DNA of 53,027 nt, the filler included, from Circinaria calcarea (lineage: Eukaryota): NCBI GenBank assembly GCA_051942165.1. It is 3 parts of 3 records of this genome, joined end to end, with 100 filler letters (N's around TTAATTAATTAA, not from the genome) between each part and the next. Parts side by side here need not be neighbours in the genome. Positions count along the whole stretch, not along the records: positions 1 to 17,656 come from JAVECS010000262.1; positions 17,757 to 35,352 come from JAVECS010000263.1; 1 more part is not named here. One strand, 5' to 3'. A program made the position numbers and the translations under genes. Shown here one piece after another: positions 12,205-23,077 of the stretch (positions are counted from its first letter, which is position 1; every line of letters starts with the position of its first letter). The notes under the pieces are model-generated. The model made no database searches. It was not told the origin of the DNA and saw only the letters and a list, made by a program, of their open reading frames with translations.

Positions 12205-14373
12205 ATGGCAGCTTCCGACTACGAATTTAGCTCCCTAACAGCTACCTACGACGATCCTTCAGCGACTTCAGCCTTTCCTCAAAGATCCCATGCCTTATCC
12301 AATAAGGTAACCAGTATTCTATCCACTTCATTTGCGGACACAGAAATCCGAGAAGCTCTACGAGCACTGGATGGGAATCAGATCAAAAATACACCGGACA
12401 CTCGACGATGGCTTCGATTGGACGCGCAAAAAGATGTCATCGATTGTAATAGCGAGATCATCGAAGATTTTGGGCATGTTGCGGAGGTTTGTCGCCGGCA
12501 GTATAAAGGTGATAGGCTATACTGAGAACGAAATCAGCAACTAAAACGAATTAGTTCGACCATCACGAGCCTCAATCAGTGTTGTGAGGACATGCGGAGA
12601 CATGTTCAAACCGCGCAGCGAGAAACGAGACCAGTGATAGGGGAAGCTACAACTCTCTTCGCGCAAAAGCAAGAAGTCGAAACCAAAAAGGAGCTTCTGG
12701 ACGCATTCAATCAGCACTTCATCACATCCAACGAAGAAGAGGAAGTGCTAACGTCCATGTCAGTGGCAATAGATGATAGGTTCTTCAATTCATTGGCTCG
12801 ACAGAAGCGCATCTACACGGAATGTCAAGTTCTTCTTGGCTCTGAAAATCAACAGCTCGGACTGGACTTGATGGAGAAGAGTACGAGAATATTGAACAGT
12901 GCTTTCCAGAAGCTGTTCCGGTGGGTTCAAAAAGCCTTTCAAAATCTCAATCTCGAGAATCCCCAACTCAGCTCTTCCATACGTCAATCACTCCGTGTAC
13001 TTGTTGAACGACCAACTCTGTTTCACAGTTGTCTTGATATTTTTGCAGAGGCCCGAGAGCGGAACTTGTCCGAATCTTTTTATGTGGCGCTGACTGGGTC
13101 CGCAACTCATACTCACGTACTTGGTCAAGCGGATGATCCGACAACAAAACCAATTGAATACTATGCTCACGATCCACTTCGATTCGTTGGAGATATGCTT
13201 GCGTGGACTCATTCTGCGACTGTCTCGGAACGTGAAGCTCTGGAAGTCCTTTTCATATCGGAGGGTGACGAGTTGGCTAAGGGCATAAAGGCTGGAAGAG
13301 ATAGTGAGCCCTGGTTACAAGATAATAATGAGACATTCGATGGGCAGAGATCCTTAGCACAATTAGTTAATAGGGACCTTGCCGGCGTAGCTAGGGCACT
13401 CCGCCAGCGTGTGGAGCAAGTAATTCAGAGTGATGAGGACCCTGTGCTGGCTTACAAAATTGCGAATCTCATCGATTTCTACCGCGTTACGTTTGGAAAA
13501 TTGCTCGGCCCTGATTCAAGTGTTCTGGACACTCTATCGCAACTCCGGGAATCGGCCCTCCAACAATATCGTAACAACCTTCAGGACCACGTCAACTCCA
13601 TCCAAGCAGACGCAGGCCATCTGACAGCAGATCTGGCTATTCCCAATTTCCTTGACGAGGCACTGGTACAACTAAGGGAGTTGATGAAGACTTACGATTC
13701 ATCCCTTGCAGCCACCACATCTCGAGAGGTTGAATTTCAACCTATTCTGGCTGAGGCTCTTGACCCTTTCCTGGAGCGCTGTGAGCAAATAGCCAGACGA
13801 CTAGAGGAACCTTCGAAGAGCACTTTCACGATCAATTGTTTGACAGCATCGAAGGTAGTTGTATCGATGTACGGTTTTACTAGCCAGAAGCTATCAGAGC
13901 TAAGCAATGAGATTGACAACTATGCCTCTAATCTTATAGAGTACCAACATGCGTACTTTCTCCATCAGTCCGGTCTACACCCTTTGATCGTTGCATTGGC
14001 TCCACTATCAGATTCGAACGAGGAAATCAGGTCTATTGTTGACCTTGAGGCGTTCAAGCCTCAAGCTTTGAGGGATGCAAGTCAAGTGCTCGATGACTTT
14101 CTCCCATCTGCTTTAATGGACGCAATGGAAAACCTGGCAAGACTGAAGAATGCTCGGCTATCTGAGGAAATTACAGCTGAGGCAGCTAACAGATTCTGTG
14201 AAGATTTCGAATTCGTGGAAGCAAGGCTGTCAGCAGTGGATGAGCTACGTAATAGGGAGAGTGGCGGAGAAGAGGACGATGATCACGAAAGTCAGGATGG
14301 CGAACAACATTCCAAATCACTAAGGGCTCTATTTCCAAGAACCAGTGGGGAGATTAAAGTACTTCTTAGTTAA
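12205..14373 (+). CDS. COG6: Conserved oligomeric Golgi complex subunit 6 (intron 12487-12537)
   Basis: KPIEYYAHDPLRFVGDMLAWTH motif and C-terminal FPRTSGEIKVLLS. The GTTTGT..CAG intron joins the two ORFs. Confidence 0.93.
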
Positions 14374-14691
14374 ATGGAGATAACTGGCTCTGATATAAAG
14401 CGTCGCTTGTGCCTCAGAATGCTCTATGAATGAAAAGAGAAGCTCATGTTAAGCGCCCGGCATGATTTATCACTGGCAGCGAGGATGGGTCCCAGCCCGG
14501 CTTTCAATGTCAATATGCTTCAGTCCATGCACCGAAGCGTACCAATTTTGATTCCCAGGCCTTTCTCGCTCCCCATAAAAGGCGCGTACATGTCACATCC
14601 CCCGATTGATGTTGTAAGGTCTTAGAGTACCTGGCAACCTGCATAACACAGCTCTGCTAGTCTGCTGACTCCAAAGTCACCACCTGGAATT

Positions 14692-15185
14692 TCATACCCC
14701 TTGCGGCATCCCTACCCCTTCCTCGGCTTGTTTCCTCTGCCATTCCTCTGGGGTGAAGCATTTCGGTGTCCAGGCATGTATTGCAGCGATTTCTGTCTTC
14801 AGCGCTGAGTTGACTAGCCGGTGTCGTGCCAAGCTGTTCTTCTTCTCGAATTGAGGGGATACGATTATAGCTTGAAAGGATTGACCGCAGCCACCTAAAT
14901 AATGAATCGAGTTCAGCACCTCCGACATGTCTCCAAGAAAAGGATCCAAGGCCTACCAGAGATGTCATTGACATCGACATGCTGTGCACCAACCTTTTCT
15001 ATCAGGGTGGTTTGGAGAGATGTTGTGGTCACACCAGTTAGGTTCGCAACCTTGGCAGCCTGAGTGTCCGTCTCGGCACTCATGCTTGCATGAAAAGATC
15101 TGATGTTATCTTTACCGAAACGAATGGCACGATATGATACAGGTCCGACTGCTTTTAAACCTCGATATAACGTTGCAGACGTCAT
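14692..15185 (-). CDS. BolA-family protein (one intron near 14895-14956); starts at ATG 15185 (with presequence-like extension) or ATG 15083
   Basis: DISG|GCGQSFQAIIVSPQFEKKNSLARHRLVNSALKTEIAAIHAW is the BolA fold with the conserved Cys and His. Confidence 0.88.
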
Positions 15186-15364
15186 TGGTTGCTGCGCGAA
15201 AGAAACTCCGTATCGAATATTACACGAGTGCATCTGTGGCACACATGCATCCAATGACGTCGCTTTTAGCTTCTCCACGCTATTGATTTAAACTCATCGT
15301 TACCAGGAAGTTGAGGAGATCGATCTTGATAAATCTAGATGGGTCTCCCGCGTATAGTTCCTTG

Positions 15365-17019
15365 ATGCTTCGCGCAACGTTCAAACGGCTAGCAAAGATG
15401 AGCATGAGCACTTACACAACCGACAAGGCCTCGCCCTTTACCCGGGCGGTGGTCGATTCCATGAGGAAACTGTAAGTCTATCGTTTGAAACAATTGGAAT
15501 CAGACCTCATACCGTTTATCCTCAGATATCCAGAGGCGTTAGCAGATAAGAGCTTTGACAATACCGGCTGTAAGCAAGCATGGTGGGATTTCGGGGCACA
15601 TTTTCATTGTTCATGCCCTCTGATAATAGGAAAGTGCTGCTAGAAGCTCCATTCGACCCAATAAGACGGCAAATGAACTCGGTCCTTCTCACCATTGATC
15701 TAACGAAGGCCGTGGCGGACGAAGCCATTGAGCGCAAGGACTGTATTGTGGTTGCTTACCGTATGTCACACTCATATGGTTCAGGGCGTACAGCACGTAT
15801 TGAACATCTCGTCCACTCAGATCCCATCATATTCAAAGGCCTCAAATCTCTCACCCTTGCGGACACACAGCAACAATCGCTACTCCGGTTAGCGCTAGAA
15901 GGCATCAGCGTTTGTTCACATCCAGTGGAAGCCACGACTTCAACTACTGATACATCGGAGCCAGGTCTATAGCCCTCATACTGCCGTCGACGCGGCTCCT
16001 GGAGGCTTGGGAGACTGGCTAGCCGATATCGTGACAGGCACCTTATCCGCGCCCGAGCCTGCAACGAAAACGGCCGAGGTAGAGTCGTTGAAATCCGAAA
16101 CAGCCTCGCTCAAAACAGACTCCAGCGATGGAAGGCCAGTAGAGTCGGACGAGGACCCTTTTGTGGAGAAACCACAACAGGACAGAGTTCCCGAGATGAA
16201 AAACCCTAAGGCACGGCCTACAAGGATGCCCTTAAAGCGTACGTATTCAAGACCGACGTACCCAGAGCCATCGGAAATAGAGCAGTCAGACCTAACTCCG
16301 TTCGTAACCCCCCCCCCTCTTCTGGTTGATGCTCCCCTTATCCCACTGAACTAGCCGACAAACTAGGTCCTCAGCCACCCACAAACGAAGCACCATCCAT
16401 CCCATCCTAGGAGTCAAGGGTAGCCCTTTCCCATCTTTTACCACCAAAACCCCCTGTTCTAACGCTTTTCCTCCCAGGCTTCGAAACCGCCGGCATGGGC
16501 CGCCTGGTGACATTCTCCACGCCCCAACCCCTCACCTATCTCATCGAACGCATCGCCCGCGGCGTCGGCAGTCCCAAAGGCTTCCCCGTCGCCATCCCCC
16601 AGATGAAACAGGTCGAGGAGATTCAAATCCGCACCGTCGCCATCTGCGCCGGAAGCGGCGGTTCCGTCCTACACGACGTCTCGGCCGACCTCCTCTTCAC
16701 CGGCGAACTCTCGCACCACGAGGCGCTCGCCGCCACGGAAAGGGGCATGAGCGTCGTCACGCTCTTCCACAGCAACACCGAGCGAGGCTTCCTGTCGAGC
16801 GTGTTGCGGGACAAGTTGAACCGCGTCTTGACGGCCGAGTGGAAGCGGGTGCGGGAGGAGGAGAAGAAGGCCGAAGGGCTGAGTGTGGAGTGGGAGGAGG
16901 CGTTGGCGGATGAGGATGTTTTGGTCGAGGTGAGTGAGAGGGATCGGGATCCGTTTGGGATCGTCATCTTGCAGGGCAGTACGCAGGTGGGGAAGCCGTT
17001 GGGTGGTGGAGGTGGGTGA
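15365..17019 (+). CDS. NIF3: NIF3/DUF34 (NGG1-interacting factor 3) metal-binding protein, multi-exon
   Basis: YPEALADKSFDNTGLL, VLLTIDLT, AYHPIIFKGLK, YSPHTAVDA, VAICAGSGG, TGELSHH and HSNTERGFL across GT-AG introns. Confidence 0.92.
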
Positions 17020-17275
17020 GTGGGAGGAGTGTAGAGAACGAGAGGGGAGGGGAGGAGAGGAGGGGACTGGCAAAGGAGGTGTGCTCTGCATCTATCATTC
17101 GAGCCTTTGGTTTACTTCTTATTGTTTGAGCAGCGTATACTTTGATACCCTAGCAGTTTGCTAATGATTAATCCACTTTGATACCCTAGCATTTTTGCTA
17201 CTAGTTTAAATCACTTTCCCTCATCCTTCCCCATCCCCTTCTCCCTTCTTTCCATTCCGTCCACCTTCCCTATTC

Positions 17276-17597
17276 CTATCCTCCCAGCACCTTTTCCGCC
17301 CTCGAGACTACAATACCGCACCCCAGTCAGCCCGTTTTTTTTTTCTCACAAAATCCCACACCTTCCCACTCCAAACACCCCAACTCGCACCGTGAAAGGA
17401 GAAGAAGAGGAAGAAGGAAAGAAACGCATACCGTCCACGCCCGTCTTGTCCGGCTCGACAAACACGGCCCGGACCACTCCGTCCTCGGTCTGCAGCGCAT
17501 AGCGCTTACTCCGATCTCCACCGAAGATGGCCGCGCCATCGAAGGTCAGGTCGAGAGCGGATGTGAAGGCGGCCGAGGGGTCGGCGAGGAAGCGGAT
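17276..17597 (-). CDS. Peroxiredoxin (Prx5/Ahp1/PMP20 type), last two exons; the 5' part is lost in the gap
   Basis: Minus-strand translation IRFLADPSAAFTSALDLTFDGAAIFGGDRSKRYALQTEDGVVRAVFVEPDKTGVD|VSRAEKVLGG*, with a GTATGC..TAG intron. Not captured by the ORF track. Confidence 0.85.
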
Positions 17598-17656
17598 CTT
17601 TTAGGGGGGGGTCTAGTTGTGAGCGACATCCCCGAAGGAACGAATGGGAGGGGGAG

Positions 17657-17756
17657 NNNNNNNNNNNNNNNNNNNNNNNNNNNNNNNNNNNNNNNNNNNN
17701 TTAATTAATTAANNNNNNNNNNNNNNNNNNNNNNNNNNNNNNNNNNNNNNNNNNNN
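17657..17756. other. Artificial contig linker
   Basis: 44 N + TTAATTAATTAA (stops in all six frames) + 44 N. Confidence 0.97.
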
Positions 17757-17759
17757 CAC

Positions 17760-19229
17760 TCAATGTGTAAGCAAATACTCTACCGCCCCCTGCACACTTC
17801 CCCCCGTCCGCCTCAAGGCCTCGATATTCCTCTCAAACTCATAAAACCCCATATCGTTCAGCTGCCTCAACTGCTCCGCGTACCGCTCTTCCGGCGGTCT
17901 AGTGTCTGGTGGCGCTGCTGGTGGCGCCCCTGCGCCCATCCCGCCCATCATACCGCCAGGGCCAAATATCGACGCAAACGGGTTGAAGGCCGCTGCCCCA
18001 TCGTTACCGGGAGCGGCTGGTGGAGCACCGCCACCCATGGCTGCGAGCATTTGCTGCATCAGAGCTGGGTTTTGGAACATGGAGTTGGCATTAGGGTTAC
18101 CGAGAGCGGCAAAAGGGTTTGGTGGCTGAGAGGGATTCTGGCCTTCAGTGGAACCCGGTGTACCTGGTGCCGCCGGTGTTCCTTGGCCCCCAGGCGCGGT
18201 AGGTGGTGGCGTTGCTGAAAGTGTATTCCCGAGGCCAGAGGGGTTGAACAAGGCAGCAAAGGGGTTTCCGGCAGCGGCACCCACACCTGCGGCTGGGTTG
18301 CCAAACATCGCGAATGGATTGGCTGGAGGCTGTTGTGAACCTCCCGGCTGGGCTGCTCGACTTCCCTCTTGGCCTGGAGTTGTGTCCGTGACTCCTGGTG
18401 CGGGGAATGTGGCCGCCTCTCCACCTCCACCCATCCCGCCCATCCCACCTCCAAACATGCGCTGCATTTGTGACAAGTTCCTTATTGAATCTGGATCGGT
18501 CATCATCCGTCGAAACTCCGGCGATTGCATCATCTGCCGCACCTCCGGGCCCATATTGCGCAGCATTGGATTTTGTTGGATCATCATATCAATGAGTTGA
18601 GGATTCTGAAGCGCTTCGTTGAGAGTGCTTGCAAAATTCGGATTCTGCAGCATAGAGATGACTTGTTCGGGGTCAGGCGGTGGTCCCATCTAATTCCCCC
18701 AAACTCCATGTTAGTATTGAACCCGACCCCCGGTAAAAGTGGAATCTCCAAGAGAACCTACCCCACCATCTGGTCCAAACATGTTCTGATTAGGAAGCTG
18801 AGCGAAACCAGCATAGCGAGCACCAGTCAACCCAGCCAAGGGGTTGTTGCCGGTGCCCGCGGCGATGTTGGTGGGTACGCCTGCGGCAGCTGTAGTGGCA
18901 CCTGCAGCGCCGGTCGCTCCGGTACTTGTATTCGAGCCTTGGTTTGCAGGATTCTGTCGCTGGTTGCTGGCGGCTCCTTTGACCAGATGGACGGTGTGAC
19001 CTTCCTTGATCTTGTAGCTTCCTAGGGTGTCTGGATCTTTGAGCACACGGCCAGAATATATGAGTCTCTGTCGTTCGGGTGGTATATCGGCATATTCAGA
19101 TGTAGAGAGCTTTTGTTTGAGTTCGAGGACGGTGGTGGCCATGGACAAGGTCAGGACATATTTGGCGTCGCTGGAAGACTTAACGTTGAAGGTGATGGGG
19201 GTCTCCTCGGCGGGCGCATCGTCCGCCAT
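17760..19229 (-). CDS. DSK2: Ubiquilin (UBL-STI1-UBA) proteasome shuttle factor (intron 18690-18761)
   Basis: [15 protein letters not shown]...HTVHLVK, STI1 repeats (MLQNP/ALQNP) and [21 protein letters not shown]...[17 protein letters not shown]. Confidence 0.95.
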
Positions 19230-20040
19230 CGTGATTGTTTCAATGTCTTCACGTCCTATGGGTACAAAGGCGGTACACTGTTGACCTTGTCGGGAGTAGG
19301 CCGGTTGCTTATCGGAAGGGAGAACGTTGAGACGTGTGGACTTTTAAGCTTGATGGTTGCAGAGCGAAACCTCCGATGACGATGATTGGACGAACCAGGC
19401 CGGAGCGAGGAAAAGCGCCGAGGCCTTTGAGCGGCTCAACAATCTTAACCACTCTCTCTCTACATACGTGCGGGCTCCTCGATCTATCAAATCGACTACC
19501 CAAGACTGGACGACAACGCCAGTCATGTTTCGGGAGAGCCACTCATATACCATATCCAAGCAGATAACTGGCTTTATACACGGGCTCTGCGTTCAAACCG
19601 TATGCGATTTAGAACACAGAGGATCCAGCACAGTTGGGCCTCTTGATCCACTCTTCTAGTTAAATCTTCTTGATTCCAGCGGTCGAGTTCGTCCTACTAA
19701 ATAACAGTGCGAACAGTCCTGTCCATAGTCCTGCGGTACAGCAGAATGTCATCGGGATAAGGTCACATGGTTTTTTAAACTAAGAAAACACTGATGGTCA
19801 GCCACTGGCATGAGTCCGCGTGTGATATGTCTAATGTCTTATAGGCCGGTGCAACTACGAGATTGCTAAGCTAGAAACATGCCAAGTCTATTCTGTACCA
19901 ACGACAGTGGCAGAAATTTGCTGGAAAAGAAGGACGCTTTTATGCAAATGCCGTAGGGACCCTTTGGCCATCACAGGCCCGCATCCAAGTAGAATCTAAT
20001 TCTCTCTGCCACACTTAGCTGCCCCCTAGCTCAATCAACC

Positions 20041-22015
20041 CTAAGGGACGTTCTCAAGTAGCTCCAAGGGTAATCGTGTAAAGTCTGAATCATTTGAACC
20101 TTCTGATGGGCTAGCATCAGATGCATCTGCTCTTTTCGAGGCCTTCCTTACCGGCGACGAGCCGGTGAGATCGATTCCCTGAGCCGCCGCCATTTGTGAC
20201 GCTGGGATACTCGCTCTCTTTCTTTTGGCAGCACCAAGTCCACCAGTTACCTTGGACGACTTGTTGCTATCTTTATCTTCTTTACCATTCAATGCAGTGG
20301 AAGACTTCTTTCTCGCCTGCCGAGGGACCTCGACCTCATTCCCACCACCCTCCTTCCTGCCCTTAACTTCGCCTGCTGGCCTCGGAGAGGGTCGCGATGG
20401 CACATTGCTCTTGAGGGAGACTGTACTTTGGTTTTCGGAGAAGCGGGACTTAATGCTCGTGTCGGAGGGATCGCGAGTTGGAGGAGGCTCGTTCGTAATC
20501 ATCGACACCACCCTGGGCCGTCCGTTCGCATAGGATGCTGCACGAGCTTCTGCAGCAGCCGAAGGTTTTGTCGGGATTTGCGACATACTTGCTGTGCTGT
20601 TGGTCCTGATGTTCGCTAGAGCAGCCCATCTGCTATTTTCATCGTTTTGATTGCCGACTATTCTCTTCGCTCCTTCCGTCGTTTGGCCGTTACTTGGCAA
20701 GATACTGGGAGGTCTACTGTAGTCCGTCATGCTGGCACTATTTCGGTTGCTCATCGGTGTTATTGGGCGGGAATAGTCCGGCATCGGCTGGTCTTCTTCA
20801 ACTGTTTGAGCTGTATAGCGATTCTGAGTGAAGCATGGAGCATTCGCTACAAAAGGATCCGGCATCAATCCCATGGAATGCCATTTGGGCCCTGTGCTTC
20901 CGTTGTCAACTCTGGGTGGAGGGGGTAGTGGCAGAAATGGGTAGAAGCTCGAATTAGACTGGTCGCTTGTCGAAACTCTTTCTCCAATCTTAGCCATCGA
21001 CTCGACTCCGCGGCGTGGCGAGTGAGCGTGTAGGGTGGGGTCTGCATCGGCCTCAAGTCTTGACGGTGAGGCCCAGTTGTAGAATGGTTGAGCCAGCTGG
21101 TACCACATTCCTGGATTTGGCCATGCAACGCCAGAATTCTCGAGCACCTCTGGATTTAGACTCAGCCACCAAATCCAATCCGAAGGGCATGACTGAACCT
21201 ACTGAGAGGAGCATGCTGGAATGAAAAGCATACGACGTTCCTAAGTCGTACAAAGGGAACACTCTCCAGCTCTGACTTGAAACCCTCGGAGATAATCACC
21301 CTGATGCGGCCCATGTTCTCTCCAGCAGCCCACCAACTTTGAGTGAGCATCTCCGGTCGAAAAGGAGGAAACCGTAGGCATTGTGGATTGCCAGCCTTGT
21401 CCGTCTCTGTGGAGAATGAGACGTGGAAGTGTTCGCGGGCTGATTGTGAACTCACGAATTGACGCATCTGCCATTGATCAGCACATGCACCAAGAATTTC
21501 GAAGAAGCTTCTTCTCACTCATGACCTGCGGCCAAGGACCTTGATCACTGAACAGTACCCCTCTTGTAACCCCTCAGTTACTGCCCTGAGGAAAGCCGGT
21601 CCTGGCGACTACAATGGACTCACCCAACACAAATTTCGTCCACCAGGACTCGAGCCTCAAATGTGACGTGGCTACCAAACTGGGCGGCTGATTGGACACT
21701 AGCGCTGCTCACTGTCGGAGTTTCCCAGCTGTGTAAAGAGATTCTAAAGGGAGTCCCCTCGGGCAGGTTGGCGACAAAGCAGGTCACGGTAGGAATCTGT
21801 CGAGGCAACACGTTCTCAAAGGTGTCATTGCTAGCTTTGGGCAATGTTTCTTTTAGCATCCTCTCTTCTCCCCGAAAAAGTATACGCATACCGTTTGTGT
21901 TATCCGGTGAGAAGAACTCGGTATCCTGGACAGCGTAGCAGTTGGTCTTGAACTCCTGTGTAGGTACCTTGGATCCTTCTTGGAGCAGCAAAACGTCCCA
22001 ATGAATATACCTCAT
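20041..22015 (-). CDS. Multi-exon hypothetical protein (ordered N-terminal domain plus disordered basic C-terminus)
   Basis: Consecutive minus-strand ORFs (MRYIHWDVLL...PFRISLHSW; LRFPPF...GRIRVIISEGF...VCFSFQHAP; LENSGVAWPNP) separated by GT..AG introns. Confidence 0.75.
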
Positions 22016-23077
22016 GCTTACTCGAGACCTTGAGAGGTGCCAGGAATCATTGAGTCACCGTACTCAAACTTGGAAGGTGATGCGACGGAGTATCTACAAG
22101 GTCATCGGACGGCTGGTGGGCGAGGGAATTGGAAATGGCCGGTAACTGGATGATGATACCACATGCCCTTTCCTGAGAAGTGGGAGAGATGTGAGGGACT
22201 CAAACGGGAAAGAAGAGTCGAGGTCACAGATTAAGCGAATCGGCTAGGAAAGCCGGTGAAGACTTACTGCTGCAAGATTCTATCCCCATCGACCAACCGG
22301 CATTATCAATGCTCTCAGCTGATACATTGTCTTGAGACCCAGAGTTGAAGCTCATCTCAACTCAAGGGCGCTTCATCACAGTGACGCCTGCTCTTGGAGT
22401 AAGGGGATTCGGAAACATCGCCGGGTAGTCAAGCATGTCTTCTATCAATCACCGTGTAGTCTAGAGGTTTCTGCCAGGGAAACTCCGGCAGATCAGTCGA
22501 CCTCATGTAGAGAGTGCGGTAGTACCAACTTGGATTCCTAGTCAAATATGCCTCGACACATTGCGATTAGCACACGGTACCTAATTGGGGACTAAGAGTG
22601 AGTCTGTCAGAATTAGCATCTAGCATGGATTCAAGGCCAGCAATAGTCACACAAGATAACTTTGTATGGAGAGGGACTCGGCTCTTGTGTAATTGAATGC
22701 ATGAGCAGCCCAGGTGTTTCTCAGACAGTTCTTGGGGGAAGGCTATCCTATGCTTCAGCTTCAGGAGAGGTCATATTAGTGGTACATGGTTTCCCCAGCA
22801 TCTCTCGAGTTGTTCTGTAATCCCCACTCTCAAGTTCACGATTTGCCCTGCCCTACTTCCAGAGCTTCACTTTTCCAACCATGGCAGTATTCCCCCAACC
22901 CTTCTTCCTTGAGCGACAGAGGCTTGCATCGAAAGCCAACAATCCAATCCAGTACAAAGAGCGAACATGACCTTTATCGGAAGAAATGGTACTGGTACAG
23001 AGAAAGTGCGGTCTGTCAGAATCCACTGTAGGTTTGAGATACGACGGCAAGGATTTGACCTGACTGGAACATTCGCT

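Noticed and set aside
17657..17756. TTAATTAATTAA palindrome flanked by N runs (repeated at 35353-35452)
   Set aside because: Artificial six-frame stop linker. Adjacency across it is not evidence of physical linkage, so the decayed cluster cannot be assumed to neighbour the housekeeping block.
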